From NCBI GenBank assembly GCA_029564765.1, contig JAKQPK010000023.1, forward strand, positions 11,479 to 75,478: a stretch of DNA of 64,000 bases. Reading direction: 5' to 3'. Positions 47,965 through 59,054 of the stretch are shown in pieces. The stretch's first letter is position 1; each line of letters opens with the position of its first letter. The translations under genes were made by a program, and so were the position numbers. The notes under the pieces were generated by a model. That model did not search any database, was not told the origin of the DNA, and saw nothing but the letters and a program-made list of their open reading frames with translations. Source of the stretch: Candidatus Omnitrophota bacterium (GTDB lineage: Bacteria; Omnitrophota; Gorgyraeia; Zapsychrales; Aceulaceae).

Positions 47965-48440
47965 TGCGTTCGGATCTTATTAATAATGTTCGTTGTCGAA
48001 AAGCCAGGGATATATCTTACAAGCTGTACACGGCCACCGCGTGCCTTCACAATATCCTCCCCGACAACGGTTTTGTTTTTCCAATCCGCACCTTTTACCA
48101 AGATATCTGGCTGCACGGCTTGGATAACCTGATAAGGAGTAGGATCAGAAAATATCGTCACATAATCCACGCAGGCCAAAGCGGCTAAAACACGAGCCCG
48201 CGCTTTCTGGGGCTGGATAGGGCGTCCCGCGGATTTGATACGGCGGACGGATCGGTCGCTATTAAGCCCAACGACCAAAATGTTATCTTTTGATTTAATC
48301 TTCTCTAAATAGCTAACATGCCCAAGATGCATGAGATCAAAGCACCCATTCGTAAAGACGATCTTCTTGCCCGCTTTGCGCGAAACGACGATCTTCTTTT
48401 TAAGCACAGCAAGCGATACGATCTTATATTCTGTTTTCAT
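47952..48440 (-). CDS. rfaE2: Heptose 1-phosphate adenylyltransferase (HldC/RfaE2)
   Basis: VFTNGCFD.MH.GH, GLNSD.SV and KGADW motifs. Confidence 0.92.
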   Translation of the reverse strand: MKTEYKIVSLAVLKKKIVVSRKAGKKIVFTNGCFDLMHLGHVSYLEKIKSKDNILVVGLNSDRSVRRIKSAGRPIQPQKARARVLAALACVDYVTIFSDPTPYQVIQAVQPDILVKGADWKNKTVVGEDIVKARGGRVQLVRYIPGFSTTNIINKIRTQCAL

Positions 48441-49009
48441 GATGCCTGAAAATAGTCCTCGATTAGCTCGCAAAGGATGTGCGCTAAACAACTGTGTGCT
48501 TCTTGCACACGCGCGGTATTCCGGGAGGGAACGATCAAGCTGATATCCGTCAGCTTAGCGACCTGGCCCCCATCGTTGCCGGTCAAAGAGATCGTCTTCA
48601 TTCCGATCTTTTTCGCGGCTTTGATCCCCTCAACAACATTCTTGGAATTCCCGCTGGTCGACAACCCCACCGCAATGTCCTCGGATCGACCGAGGCCTTC
48701 GATCTGCCTAGAGAAAATAATATCGAATGAATAATCATTACCAAGCGCTGTAATGATCGACGTATCCGTGGAAAGCGCGATCGCGGCTAAAGATCTGCGC
48801 TCTCTCTGGAATCGACCGATGAATTCCGCGGCAACATGCTGACTATCTGCCGCTGAACCACCATTGCCAAACAAAAGGATCTTGCCTCCCTTTTCCAACG
48901 ACTGGATCATGGCCTTGGCCGCGTGCTCGATCTGCAAACTATTACACGCTAACGTTTGGCGTTTTACCTCTATTGATTCATTGAAGATCCGCTGAATATT
49001 GTCTTGCAT
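48437..49009 (-). CDS. gmhA: Sedoheptulose 7-phosphate isomerase
   Basis: GNGGSAADSQH, GNDY, STSGNS and QEAH motifs. Confidence 0.96.
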   Translation of the reverse strand: MQDNIQRIFNESIEVKRQTLACNSLQIEHAAKAMIQSLEKGGKILLFGNGGSAADSQHVAAEFIGRFQRERRSLAAIALSTDTSIITALGNDYSFDIIFSRQIEGLGRSEDIAVGLSTSGNSKNVVEGIKAAKKIGMKTISLTGNDGGQVAKLTDISLIVPSRNTARVQEAHSCLAHILCELIEDYFQAS

Positions 49010-49018
49010 ACCCTTACC

Positions 49019-50041
49019 TTATTCCGCAAAAAAAACACGGGCCATTTCGTACATGCCCATGTCGATCGTTTTACGTTTTTCGATAGCTGCCGCGATAGGG
49101 ACAGATTGGATCATATTGTTGTGAAGGCTGACCATGTAGCCAAAGCGCTCCTCCTTGATAAGCTCAACAGCGCCAACGCCAAAACGAGTACCGATCAGGC
49201 GATCATACGCGGAGGGCGTCCCTCCCCGCTGAATATATCCTAAAACGCTCACACGAGTTTCATAGCCTGTTTTTTGTTCTATCGCCTGAGCGATCATCTC
49301 CCCGATCCCGCCAAAACTATGCCCACAATCGACTTTCTCGCGGAATTCTGGATGATCCTTACAGTGAACCCCTTCGGCTACAACAATGATCGTAAATGTC
49401 TTGCCTCTTTTATGCCGACTATGGATCGCATCGCACACCTCTTGAATTCCAATAGGTATTTCTGGGACCAAGATAATATCCGCTCCGCCAGCAATCCCTG
49501 ATTCCAAGGCAACCCAGCCTGTATGTCTTCCCATAACCTCAATGACCATGATTCGATGATGACTTTCAGCGGTCGTATGCAAACGGTCGATGCACTCCGT
49601 GGCTATGTTGACCGCGGTGTCAAAACCAAAAGCGTAATCCGTACCTGATAATGAGTTGTCAATCGACTTTGGCACACCGATCACTTTCATGATCTTCTTT
49701 TTATAAAACTCTAGCGCAACGCGCAGTGTTTCTTCTCCCCCAATGACGATCATGGCATCAATGCCGCTACGCTTATAATTCTCAGCAATCTTTCGTATCT
49801 GCTCGGGATCGTCCAAAGGATTGATACGACTTGTCCCCAAAATCGTTCCACCACGATCAAGAATACCAGAAATTGCCTTGGGATCAATGACCTTCATATC
49901 ATTGTCGATCAGTCCAAGCCATCCATTCTTGATGCCAGTGACGACATAACCTTCTTGAATACCTTTACGCACAACAGCACGGATCACAGAATTGAGCCCA
50001 GGACAATCTGCTCCACCGGTTAGGATACCAATCTTTCGCAT
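49019..50041 (-). CDS. pfkA: 6-phosphofructokinase family protein
   Basis: TGGADCPGLN, GGTILGTSR, PKSIDN, EVMGR and LGYIQRGG motifs. Confidence 0.92.
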   Translation of the reverse strand: MRKIGILTGGADCPGLNSVIRAVVRKGIQEGYVVTGIKNGWLGLIDNDMKVIDPKAISGILDRGGTILGTSRINPLDDPEQIRKIAENYKRSGIDAMIVIGGEETLRVALEFYKKKIMKVIGVPKSIDNSLSGTDYAFGFDTAVNIATECIDRLHTTAESHHRIMVIEVMGRHTGWVALESGIAGGADIILVPEIPIGIQEVCDAIHSRHKRGKTFTIIVVAEGVHCKDHPEFREKVDCGHSFGGIGEMIAQAIEQKTGYETRVSVLGYIQRGGTPSAYDRLIGTRFGVGAVELIKEERFGYMVSLHNNMIQSVPIAAAIEKRKTIDMGMYEMARVFFAE

Positions 50042-50059
50042 ATCAATGCTCCTGTGATG

Positions 50060-50671
50060 TTATTTGCGGTATCCTTTGAATGGAACGCTCATATCAGAAA
50101 AATCCTTTCGGTCAGATTCAGAGCCAGAAGAATCTTTTTCAGATTGCGTCATGATCTTGGTGATATGGATCCTGACGATCACATTTTCTTCGAGGCCAAG
50201 GATCTCTTGAATGCGGCTTTTTACCAAGTCTTGGATGCGTGATGTCATGTCAGGAATATTGCTTTCTGCCTTAAGAACAAGCCGACATGTCACGTCAATG
50301 CCTTTTTTAGTCGCTCTCACGGATGATCTTACCTCTTTGACCTCTGAAACCCGCAAGACAGTTCTTTTGATCATATCTTCCAGTGCCACCAGCGAGATCG
50401 TGACACGTCCTGACGGATTTTCAAAAGCAATAGTACGCTCTTTTTGTTGCACCCCTAAAATAATACGAGAAAACAAAAAACCAACAAGAACAGCTGTCAC
50501 GCTGACAATAATGATCGCGATACAAATATTCCTACTCTGGTAGGCAATATTCAAAAAATAAGTCAATTCTTCGAACTTAATGCGATGAACCGCAAATGAA
50601 ACAGCCACCGCCGCAACAAATGTAATGATGGCTAAATAAAAGAACATCGCGATATGTGTTAGGACTCTCAT
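50060..50671 (-). CDS. amaP: AmaP-like alkaline shock response membrane anchor
   Basis: Two TM segments plus an Asp23-like domain, adjacent to the Asp23 gene. Confidence 0.7.
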   Translation of the reverse strand: MRVLTHIAMFFYLAIITFVAAVAVSFAVHRIKFEELTYFLNIAYQSRNICIAIIIVSVTAVLVGFLFSRIILGVQQKERTIAFENPSGRVTISLVALEDMIKRTVLRVSEVKEVRSSVRATKKGIDVTCRLVLKAESNIPDMTSRIQDLVKSRIQEILGLEENVIVRIHITKIMTQSEKDSSGSESDRKDFSDMSVPFKGYRK

Positions 50672-51027
50672 TGCTCGATCCCTCCTTTGATGCCTTGAAT
50701 ATTAATATGGATGTCTTTGAGTTGAATATCCGTCATCCTTTCAACGGTATCACGAATGGCTTCTTGCAAATAACGTGATGCTTCTGGAATATTGATGCCT
50801 AAGCGGGCGCACACTCTCGCCTCAACGCTAACCTCGTTATCACGATCGATCTTAACATCGATCGCAAAATTCTTTTGAGGGGCGAACAACTTAAGGAATC
50901 GCTGGCCTAGATGATCCGCCGCCAAAGACATGCCTTCTGTTTCTTGCACGACAGATGCTACGATATCGGCCAGAGCTCTTTTATGAATATGGATGGACCC
51001 GTAATCGATTTTTTGCTCTTCGCGCAT
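50668..51027 (-). CDS. Asp23/Gls24 family protein
   Basis: G.I.I....LA.I, G.NIPE....LQ and MT...L..I.I.I.GI pattern; follows accC. Confidence 0.85.
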   Translation of the reverse strand: MREEQKIDYGSIHIHKRALADIVASVVQETEGMSLAADHLGQRFLKLFAPQKNFAIDVKIDRDNEVSVEARVCARLGINIPEASRYLQEAIRDTVERMTDIQLKDIHINIQGIKGGIEQ

Positions 51028-51052
51028 CAGGATGTCTCCTTATTAGATAGGA

Positions 51053-52414
51053 TTATTTTGGAATTTCGTGGTCTGGCTTTATTAAATGCTCAAGAAAGTG
51101 AGTGTTGACATTGCCTTCCAGGAATAACGGATGCTGAAGTATTTGCTTATGAAAGTTGATAGTTGTCTTGATAGGCGCAACATAAAACTCATCAAGCGCG
51201 CGCATCATGATCTTAATGGCTTCTGTTCGGGTTTTGGCATGCACAATAAGCTTGGCGACCATTGAATCATAGAATGGGCTGATCACATAATTCTGATAAA
51301 TATGCGTGTCCACTCTAACGCCTGGGCCTCCAGGAAGATTCAGTTCTTCAACCTTCCCAGGGCAAGGCATAAAATTATTGGCAGGGTCTTCCGCGTTGAT
51401 GCGGCATTCAATAGCTGCTCCCTGGATCTTAACGTCCTCCTGCTTGATCTTAAGCTTTTCGCCTGAGGCAACGCGAATTTGTTCTTTAACAATGTCAACA
51501 CCTGTGATCATCTCGGTCACAGGATGCTCGACTTGAACACGGGTGTTCATTTCCATAAAATAAAAGGACCCATCTCCGTCAAGCAAAAACTCTATGGTTC
51601 CAGCACCGCGATAGTTTACTGCTTTAGCCCCACGGACCGCGAGCTCTCCCATTTTCTTACGTAATGAGGCGCTTAGCGCAGGCGAAGGAGCCTCCTCCAA
51701 AAGTTTTTGATGACGCCTCTGAATACTGCAATCCCTCTCACCAAGATGAATAATATTGCCATGATGATCGGCTAGGATCTGGATCTCAATATGACGCGGA
51801 TTGGTAATATATTTCTCGATATAAACATCAGGGTTCCCAAAGCTTGCTTCCGCTTCTCGCTGGGCCATAGTCAGAGAGCTAACCAAGGTCACATCATTAT
51901 GACAGACCCGCATACCTTTGCCCCCACCGCCCGCTGTTGCCTTAATAATCACAGGATATTTGATCTTTTTCGCGAGTTTCAGGGCTTCATCTTTACTCTT
52001 AATGATCGACTCACCGCCTGGCGTGACTGGAAGGCCAGCCTTGACCATCACGGTTCTTGCGGTCACTTTATCTCCCATGGAGCGCATCGCCTCAGGCGTA
52101 GGCCCGATAAAAGCGATATGGCATGATTCGCAGATCTCCGCAAAATGAGGATTTTCAGCTAAAAAGCCATACCCAGGATGAATGGCCTCGACATTAGTGA
52201 TCTCAGCTGCTGAAATAATGGCGGGAATATTAAGATAGCTTTCTTTGCTGGCCGCGCGACCGATACACACAGCCTCATCAGCGAACTGCACATGAAGTGA
52301 AGTACGATCAGCTTCGGAATAGACAGCGACCGTAGCAATGCCAAGCTCTTTACATGCGCGTATGATGCGAAGAGCGATCTCCCCTCGGTTAGCTATAAGG
52401 ATCTTTGAGAACAT
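51053..52414 (-). CDS. accC: Biotin carboxylase
   Basis: [24 protein letters not shown] and [10 protein letters not shown] motifs. Confidence 0.98.
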   Translation of the reverse strand: MFSKILIANRGEIALRIIRACKELGIATVAVYSEADRTSLHVQFADEAVCIGRAASKESYLNIPAIISAAEITNVEAIHPGYGFLAENPHFAEICESCHIAFIGPTPEAMRSMGDKVTARTVMVKAGLPVTPGGESIIKSKDEALKLAKKIKYPVIIKATAGGGGKGMRVCHNDVTLVSSLTMAQREAEASFGNPDVYIEKYITNPRHIEIQILADHHGNIIHLGERDCSIQRRHQKLLEEAPSPALSASLRKKMGELAVRGAKAVNYRGAGTIEFLLDGDGSFYFMEMNTRVQVEHPVTEMITGVDIVKEQIRVASGEKLKIKQEDVKIQGAAIECRINAEDPANNFMPCPGKVEELNLPGGPGVRVDTHIYQNYVISPFYDSMVAKLIVHAKTRTEAIKIMMRALDEFYVAPIKTTINFHKQILQHPLFLEGNVNTHFLEHLIKPDHEIPK

Positions 52415-52418
52415 ATGA

Positions 52419-52889
52419 TTAGACCGGCTCGATCACGAACAACACTGTGCCAAATTCAACAGGCTCAGCATTGTCGACTTTAATATCAACGACTTTTCCG
52501 CGAACATCAGACTTGATCTCGTTCATAAGCTTCATGGCTTCAAGGATACACACAACCTGGCCGACTTCAATGACCTGCCCAACATCCACAAAAGACGGAG
52601 CGTCCGGCGATGGGGCGCGATAAAACGTCCCGACCATAGGAGCTTTGATCTCTTTAAGGCCTTTTCCTGAAGGGGCTTCTGGCCTCACAACTTCTGGGGT
52701 CTGATTTGACGCCGGGACAGGGGCTGCTACGGAAGGACGATATTCTACCGCGGGTGAAGACATAACAACAGGGGCCCCTAAAGGACCTTTTTTGATCTTC
52801 AGTTTTGACCCTTCCCGTTCGACCTCGACTTCCATGAGGTCATTCTCATTCATCAGAGTGACGATTTCTTTGATCTCTTTCAAATTCAT
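52419..52889 (-). CDS. accB: Biotin carboxyl carrier protein
   Basis: APMVGTFY and EAMKLMNE motifs. Confidence 0.97.
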   Translation of the reverse strand: MNLKEIKEIVTLMNENDLMEVEVEREGSKLKIKKGPLGAPVVMSSPAVEYRPSVAAPVPASNQTPEVVRPEAPSGKGLKEIKAPMVGTFYRAPSPDAPSFVDVGQVIEVGQVVCILEAMKLMNEIKSDVRGKVVDIKVDNAEPVEFGTVLFVIEPV

Positions 52890-53452
52890 TTTCGTATCCT
52901 CTCGACATAAACACCGTTTCTTGTGTCAACCTTGATCCATTCCCCTGACTCAACAAATAAAGGCACTTGAACATCAGCGCCCGAGTCGATCTTCGCTGGC
53001 TTTGTTCCTGAGCGGGCTGAATCTCCTTTGAGGCCTGGTTCGGTTTCAACTACTTGCGCCTCAATAAAATTAGGGAGCTCGACCTTCTGGATGCGCCCTT
53101 CATACAAAAGACCCTTCACAACAAGATTATCCTGAAGATATTTAATATCGTTACCGATAAGATCCTGTGTAACAGCGACTTCTTCATAGGTTGTTTGGTC
53201 CATGAAATGCAAATCAGTGCCTGACTTATAAAGATATTGAAAATAGCGTTCTTCCAGGAAAACTTCATCCAATCGTTCAGAACTTTTAAATGTCCGCTCG
53301 ATAACAAGATTGGTTTTCAGGTTACGAAGACGCACGCGAACAAAAGCGCTACCTTTTCCAGGCTTTACATGACTATACTCATTAACAACATAAATATTGC
53401 CATCAACGCGAAGGCCTAAACCTGCGGTGATTTCGTTGATCGTGATTGCCAT
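52886..53452 (-). CDS. efp: Elongation factor P
   Basis: HVKPGKGSAF, PG.KGD and VPLFV motifs. Confidence 0.97.
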   Translation of the reverse strand: MAITINEITAGLGLRVDGNIYVVNEYSHVKPGKGSAFVRVRLRNLKTNLVIERTFKSSERLDEVFLEERYFQYLYKSGTDLHFMDQTTYEEVAVTQDLIGNDIKYLQDNLVVKGLLYEGRIQKVELPNFIEAQVVETEPGLKGDSARSGTKPAKIDSGADVQVPLFVESGEWIKVDTRNGVYVERIRK

Positions 53453-53478
53453 TTTATTATTTCTTTAAATATTTATAT

Positions 53479-54528
53479 TTATATTAAACCACTTAAAACC
53501 TTGGCTCCCTGAGAAGTCACAAGGACCATGTCTTCGATACGGACACCAAATCGACCTGGGATATATACTCCGGGTTCAACGGTCAACACCATTCCTTTTT
53601 CTAAAACGGAAGGGCTGCGAGGAGACAATCCCGGCTTTTCATGCACTTCCAACCCTATACCGTGCCCAAGAGAATGGCTAAAATACGCACCTAACTTCTT
53701 TTCCTTCAGGAAGTTTCGCGCACAACTGTCTACATCCTTGGCGAGAACCCCTGGCTTGATCTGGGCGATCGCTAAACGCTGCGCCTGAGCGACAGCTTCG
53801 CAAACTTCCCTCACAAGATGCGGTATTTTACCCAAAAAGAACATACGTGTCAAGTCAGACTTATAGCCATTGACCTCTATCCCCATATCGACGAGAACAA
53901 GGTCATTCTTTTTGATCTTTCGATCCGAAATACGTGCGTGCGGAAGACAAGAATTCGGACCTGAAGCTATGATGGGTGGAAAAGAAAAGATCTGCTGGTG
54001 CCTGAGGACAAAACGCTCAAGCTTTTCTAGGATCTGGTGTTCTGCTTGACCCGGGCGAATGATCGTTTTAAGATATTGATAGCATTCATTATGAAAACAA
54101 AGGGCTTTTCTGATCGCGGCGACCTCATTCTCCCGCTTAACAGCCCTGATATTTTCAATAAGCCCTTGCGTACCGATCAACCTAACTTTACGGGTCAAGG
54201 CCTTCTTGAGCCTGCGAAACGAGACAACAACAAGATGGCGTTCATCGAAACCCAAAGAATGCACTTTCCTCTTGGATACCAGATCTGCCACAGAATCAAA
54301 AGCGCTCTTTTTACATTCAACCACATTGATGCGGCCAAAATGACGCCTGGCATCCAGGCTGTAGCGGCTGTCCGTCAGATAATAGACATGTCGAGGCAAG
54401 ATCAAAAGCCACGACTCCTGACAGGGATAGCCTGTTAGATACCTGATATTCACATCGTCTGTGACAAGAAAAGCGTCAATTGAATATTTGGCGAAAGAAA
54501 GCCTTAATTTCTGGAGGGAAGCGTTCAA
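53479..54528 (-). CDS. Xaa-Pro aminopeptidase (M24)
   Basis: [25 protein letters not shown] and GVRIED motifs. Confidence 0.92.
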   Translation of the reverse strand: MNASLQKLRLSFAKYSIDAFLVTDDVNIRYLTGYPCQESWLLILPRHVYYLTDSRYSLDARRHFGRINVVECKKSAFDSVADLVSKRKVHSLGFDERHLVVVSFRRLKKALTRKVRLIGTQGLIENIRAVKRENEVAAIRKALCFHNECYQYLKTIIRPGQAEHQILEKLERFVLRHQQIFSFPPIIASGPNSCLPHARISDRKIKKNDLVLVDMGIEVNGYKSDLTRMFFLGKIPHLVREVCEAVAQAQRLAIAQIKPGVLAKDVDSCARNFLKEKKLGAYFSHSLGHGIGLEVHEKPGLSPRSPSVLEKGMVLTVEPGVYIPGRFGVRIEDMVLVTSQGAKVLSGLI

Positions 54529-54965
54529 TTCTTAATAGACTCTAATATTGCTTGGAGGCCTAAAACATAGCTATAGGGACCGAATCCGCAGATCTGCCCT
54601 CTGCACACTGCTGAAATAAGCGATGTTTGACGGAATTCCTCTCTGGAATAGATATTCGACAGATGGATCTCAACAGCTGGAAGGTTAATGGCGGCAATCG
54701 CATCGCGAATAGCCACGCTTGTGTGAGTATACGCGGCAGGATTAATGAGCACAGCCTCAAAACCCTGAGCAGGAGCTTTGCCAATAGTATCAACGATCTC
54801 CCCCTCATGATTCGTCTGAACGATCTCGAGGCTTACCTTATTTTCCTTAGCAAATTCCTGAAGCATTCGATTGATCTCATCTAATGTCATTTTTCCATAA
54901 ACATTTGTCTCACGCATCCCCAGAAGATCAAGATTAGGTCCGTGGATCACAAGTATCTTTTTCAT
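54525..54965 (-). CDS. aroQ: Type II 3-dehydroquinate dehydratase
   Basis: [22 protein letters not shown] and E.HLSN motifs. Confidence 0.96.
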   Translation of the reverse strand: MKKILVIHGPNLDLLGMRETNVYGKMTLDEINRMLQEFAKENKVSLEIVQTNHEGEIVDTIGKAPAQGFEAVLINPAAYTHTSVAIRDAIAAINLPAVEIHLSNIYSREEFRQTSLISAVCRGQICGFGPYSYVLGLQAILESIKN

Positions 54966-55134
54966 AAAAACCATCCTTTTGTTTGCTAATTTTCTGACTA
55001 GGCATTAACGCCACAATATCTTGATTAAAGCTATATTCTTTCTGGCACTTGTTGCACTGTAGCTTATCCTCTCTCATCGTCAACTGATCCTGACAGCCAG
55101 GACAAGCAAGCGCATCAAGAAATTCTTCGTTCAT
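54934..55134 (-). CDS. Trm112-like small zinc-ribbon protein
   Basis: LDALACP.C...L.C..C...Y pattern. Confidence 0.75.
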   Translation of the reverse strand: MNEEFLDALACPGCQDQLTMREDKLQCNKCQKEYSFNQDIVALMPSQKISKQKDGFYEKDTCDPRT

Positions 55135-55140
55135 TACTCC

Positions 55141-55434
55141 TTACGTCTTTTCTGGAACATCTTTAACATATTTCAGTTGTAACTCATAGATAGAAGAGTC
55201 CAAGAGCCCTTCTTCTGCCTGTGAAACATTGCCCTTGGTCTTATCTCGTAGCAAAATGAGGGTATCGATCAGCAGTTTCGCCTGCTCCAGGTTCTTTTCT
55301 TTCTTTCCGCTGAGGGGATTTTCGATCTCTCCTAAGAAAACCATAGCCTGAAAGGCTAAACTGGCGATATACCCAAAAAAATCTAATGTTGGGGGCTGAG
55401 AGTTTTCTTGCGCAAAAACATTCGTCTGATCCAT
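55141..55434 (-). CDS. DUF1844 family protein
   Basis: A...LG...NP and A...ID.L..L..KTKGN motifs. Confidence 0.8.
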   Translation of the reverse strand: MDQTNVFAQENSQPPTLDFFGYIASLAFQAMVFLGEIENPLSGKKEKNLEQAKLLIDTLILLRDKTKGNVSQAEEGLLDSSIYELQLKYVKDVPEKT

Positions 55435-55441
55435 AGCATGT

Positions 55442-55470
55442 AGAATAACATCGCTTATATATTATGTCAA
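55442..55470 (-). promoter_or_regulatory. sigma70 promoter, probably leaderless transcript
   Basis: TTGACA-17 bp-TATTCT with TG extension, 7 nt before ATG 55434. Confidence 0.6.
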
Positions 55471-55485
55471 CAAAACCGCCAAAAC

Positions 55486-56160
55486 TTACTCGACCTCGTA
55501 AGAAATGATAACATTAAAAGATAATTCCGGATACTGCAGGTCCGATGGAAATGGAGGGAATGGATTTGATTCTTCAATGCTGCGCATACTGATCTGCCGC
55601 AAATACTGATTAGCGCGGGTTCTCTCTTCGATGATCTTGATCCGCTTAAGCGAGCCTTGCGAATCAAGCATAAAGGTCAGATATACTTCTCCTGACTCAA
55701 ATCTTTCATAATTGGCATATGCACGGTCCCGAATACGGCTGCGGACAATTTGATAATAGTTAATGTAAACGGGATTGTTGATCTGCTGGGCCTCTACGGC
55801 AGGGACGCTTACTTTTCTTTTTTGAGGTTTCTGGTTAACGACCTTGGCTTTTTGTCCTTGATGCAGAAAATCATCAGACAGTTTAGACATGTCTTTCATA
55901 AAAGATGAAATACTCTTTTGCTCCTGCAAAGAAGCCTTAGCTGCCTGCAAAAGATCGACCTTCATCCCCTTCACAGGTGCAGGCGTAGTGTCCGGAATCT
56001 TTTTTTCTAACTTGATCCCAGGATAAACAACCTCGATCATCTTGACGGTCTTCGCCTTAAGCCGCATCTGCGCATATGACATGTTCCACAGAACGCCAAT
56101 ATGAATAAGAAGTGAAACGATCAGGGTATAAGTAAAGATCCTATTTTCCATAGATTTCAA
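55486..56160 (-). CDS. TonB/TolA C-terminal domain protein
   Basis: N-terminal TM with S..IH motif; C-terminal G.V.L.F.L...G and PFPPFP. Confidence 0.75.
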   Translation of the reverse strand: MKSMENRIFTYTLIVSLLIHIGVLWNMSYAQMRLKAKTVKMIEVVYPGIKLEKKIPDTTPAPVKGMKVDLLQAAKASLQEQKSISSFMKDMSKLSDDFLHQGQKAKVVNQKPQKRKVSVPAVEAQQINNPVYINYYQIVRSRIRDRAYANYERFESGEVYLTFMLDSQGSLKRIKIIEERTRANQYLRQISMRSIEESNPFPPFPSDLQYPELSFNVIISYEVE

Positions 56161-56163
56161 GAC

Positions 56164-56841
56164 CTATCGCTTAGGCCCAGAGGCCAACAACTCCTTAATG
56201 ATGTAGCGCAGAAAACGAAGCGTGTCGCGGAAAGGATTGATCTTGCTTAATTCATCGCGGTAGATCGTTTGGATAGGAACAGCGTGGATCTTAAATCCAT
56301 GACGACTGGCTTGAATGAGGACCTCTGTCTCGATCTCAAATTCTGCGGACTGCAACGTCATGGATCTTAAAACATCGATCCCGATGTAGCGGAATCCACA
56401 CTGAGAATCTGGGACTTTCTGGCCGCAAAGCAATGAAATGGTCCATGACATAAAATGATTGACGAGAAAACGTAACCAAGGCATACGGCGACAATTAGAC
56501 ATGCGGTTTCCGCTGATCACAGAATCCGGGTATTCTTGAGCCTTACGCAGGAACACGTCAACATCCTCGATCGCGTGCTGTCCATCTCCGTCCATGGCGA
56601 TCACACCATCAAAACCACGTCCGACAGCATGCGCAAATCCGTCCCTAAGCGAAAGCCCTTTACCCTGTTTGCAGGGATGCGTGATCACTACCGCGCCTTT
56701 CTCTCGAGCGATATCCCCCGAATGATCCACTGAGCCATCGTCAATAACGACCACATCCCATCCGCGACCTTTCACCTGCTCGACAATACGTCCGATCGCG
56801 CGCGATTCATTAAAGACGGGGATGATGATGCATATTTTCAT
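56164..56841 (-). CDS. GT2 glycosyltransferase (DPM-synthase-like)
   Basis: IIPVFNE, DDGS.D, MDGDGQH and DSQCGFR motifs. Confidence 0.9.
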   Translation of the reverse strand: MKICIIIPVFNESRAIGRIVEQVKGRGWDVVVIDDGSVDHSGDIAREKGAVVITHPCKQGKGLSLRDGFAHAVGRGFDGVIAMDGDGQHAIEDVDVFLRKAQEYPDSVISGNRMSNCRRMPWLRFLVNHFMSWTISLLCGQKVPDSQCGFRYIGIDVLRSMTLQSAEFEIETEVLIQASRHGFKIHAVPIQTIYRDELSKINPFRDTLRFLRYIIKELLASGPKR

Positions 56842-56842
56842 A

Positions 56843-57703
56843 TTAGTCGATCCAAAATTTCTGGAACATATACCATTGTGTGGGATTCCGGCGAATAGCG
56901 CCTTCAATGATCTTGACACATTCCCGTAAAATTTCTTTTTCTGTTTGTTCTGTTGGGCTTTCAGGGGGATAGATCGGTGGTTCGATCGTTAACGTGAAAT
57001 GATCATTTTCTTCACGCGTAAGGAACGCTGGAATGATCGCGGCCCCTGTCTTTAAAGCGAACGCGGCTGGTCCTTTAGGGATACGTGTTTTCTTTCCAAA
57101 AAAGTCCATGATCTCCCCAGTGGCGTTAAAATCCCTATCTCCCAGCAAAGCGACCAGGCGGTTACCCCGTAGGCCACGAATACATTCACGGATCGCAACG
57201 TTGTTTGGGACAATGGTCAGGCCTTGCGATTGACGCTGCTCGTTAAAAAGATTGTTCACAGAACGCTCTTTGTGCGGCAAGGCAACCGCAATCAAAGGAT
57301 ATCCCAAACGGCTGATGATAAATCCTCCCAGCTCCCAATTCCCGACGTGCGCCGTTAAGACTATAGCACCCTTGCCCTTCTTGAGAACTTGCGGTAAGTA
57401 TTCTAAATTCTTAATCACTACGTTCTTTTCGATATACGCTTTGTCAATTTTTCCTGTAACATAAAAAAAATCGATCAGATATTTCGCGAAATCCCTGAAA
57501 ACCTGCCGCGAAAGCCTCGCTAATTCATCATCAGCAACCGGAGCCGGAAGAATGACTCGCAAATTATTCTTAACGCATCGCCTGTCACGCGCAGAAAGAT
57601 AATAATGGATATCCGAAAGAAAACCCGCGACCTGATAACTTAATCGCAGCGGAAGATTCTGTACGAGGAACTGTCCAAGCTTATAAAGATAATACTGGAT
57701 CAT
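56843..57703 (-). CDS. LpxL/PatA-family acyltransferase
   Basis: AHVGNWE, LLGDRD, FFG and P.QW motifs. Confidence 0.88.
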   Translation of the reverse strand: MIQYYLYKLGQFLVQNLPLRLSYQVAGFLSDIHYYLSARDRRCVKNNLRVILPAPVADDELARLSRQVFRDFAKYLIDFFYVTGKIDKAYIEKNVVIKNLEYLPQVLKKGKGAIVLTAHVGNWELGGFIISRLGYPLIAVALPHKERSVNNLFNEQRQSQGLTIVPNNVAIRECIRGLRGNRLVALLGDRDFNATGEIMDFFGKKTRIPKGPAAFALKTGAAIIPAFLTREENDHFTLTIEPPIYPPESPTEQTEKEILRECVKIIEGAIRRNPTQWYMFQKFWID

Positions 57704-58818
57704 GATTCAAGTGCAAGTTTCGCGATGTCAATAGCGGCATTCGGCTTGCCATGCGCCTTGGCAGATTGACGCATGTCATGAAGCCTTTCAGGCGATTCTA
57801 AAAGCCTGCGAACGCTATCGCCGATCGCTGCAAGATCGTTAACTTGAACGGCAACGCCTTTCTTAAGCAATAGCTCGGTATTGCGTGCTTCCTGTCCTGG
57901 AATAGGATTAACAATGACCATAGGCAATCCTTTAACAAGACATTCAGCAGTTGTCATGCCCCCTGGCTTAGTGATCACGAAACTCGCTATCTCCATCAAC
58001 TCATGCACATTATCAACATATGATAACGGCATAACTTTTTGTCCATGCGGAAACTTTATCATCTTGATGATCTTCAATGTCTTTTTGTTAATGCCGGTCA
58101 AAATGATAAGCTGAAAAGGATTCTTGAGTTGTGCCAACGCTTTTACGATCGTCTTAATAGGCCCCAGGCCATGGCCTCCGCCCATCACAAGGATGACCGG
58201 AGTATCTAGATCAAGCCCTAAAGATCCTGCGACACGCGCTTTATCTGCTGAAGAAGCGAACTTAGGGTCAGCGGGAATACCATAAACTTTAATACGCTCT
58301 TTGCTGATACCTTCTTGCACAAGACGATAAGCTGCCTCTTGGGTCGGAACGATATAATAATCAACTTCCCCATGAACCCAGTAGTGATGTGGCGCGAAAT
58401 CTGTCAGGACGCCGATCAATTTAACGGGATACTTATAGCGTTTTTTAAAATCCCCGACCATCCCGCAAGGAAAAGCCTGGGAACAAATGACGACTTCGGG
58501 ATTGAACTTCTTGAAAAGTTTTGCCAATCTGGCGTGGCGAGAATTGTTGAGGATTTTCTTTATGGTCCCTGTTTTTTTGATCACGCGAGGGTTATCATAA
58601 AGATATTCCCATATCTTGGGGCGCCGCTTGATAATATTCATGTAGATAGCATTAGCGATCTTCTCCAGCACAGGATAGACATAGGCGAATCCGTTAATGT
58701 TCATCGTTTCGACATCAGGACGAATGATCCTCAGCGCATTTTCGATCGCGACTGTCGCGCGGTGATGTCCCGAAGTGCGCGTAATATGCATCAAAAGAAC
58801 TCTTGGATGATTGCTCAC
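57700..58818 (-). CDS. MGDG synthase/UgtP-like GT28 glycosyltransferase
   Basis: SGH..A, TDF..H..W, MGGG.G, TKPGG.T.AE and PIPGQE..N motifs. Confidence 0.88.
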   Translation of the reverse strand: MSNHPRVLLMHITRTSGHHRATVAIENALRIIRPDVETMNINGFAYVYPVLEKIANAIYMNIIKRRPKIWEYLYDNPRVIKKTGTIKKILNNSRHARLAKLFKKFNPEVVICSQAFPCGMVGDFKKRYKYPVKLIGVLTDFAPHHYWVHGEVDYYIVPTQEAAYRLVQEGISKERIKVYGIPADPKFASSADKARVAGSLGLDLDTPVILVMGGGHGLGPIKTIVKALAQLKNPFQLIILTGINKKTLKIIKMIKFPHGQKVMPLSYVDNVHELMEIASFVITKPGGMTTAECLVKGLPMVIVNPIPGQEARNTELLLKKGVAVQVNDLAAIGDSVRRLLESPERLHDMRQSAKAHGKPNAAIDIAKLALES

Positions 58819-59054
58819 AGGTCCTCAACGATGGCGACAGCCTGACCAATGGACGCTTCTTGGCCAGCTGGCACTAAAATTGTTCTTAAGATACATTTTT
58901 TTTCACAAGGCACATTGAACAAAGCTTTATCCGCCTCAAGCTCAAAAAAGTCTTCTCCCTGAGACACAACATCCTCTGGCTTGTAATGCCATTCGGCAAT
59001 GGTCACTTTGTCGATACCGTCGCCCAGAAAAGGCACTTTAATTTCTTTTGTCAT
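58815..59054 (-). CDS. Stand-alone lipoyl-domain protein
   Basis: 79 aa; I.EW....D.V and ELEADKA lipoyl-lysine motif; overlaps lipB. Confidence 0.82.
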   Translation of the reverse strand: MTKEIKVPFLGDGIDKVTIAEWHYKPEDVVSQGEDFFELEADKALFNVPCEKKCILRTILVPAGQEASIGQAVAIVEDL

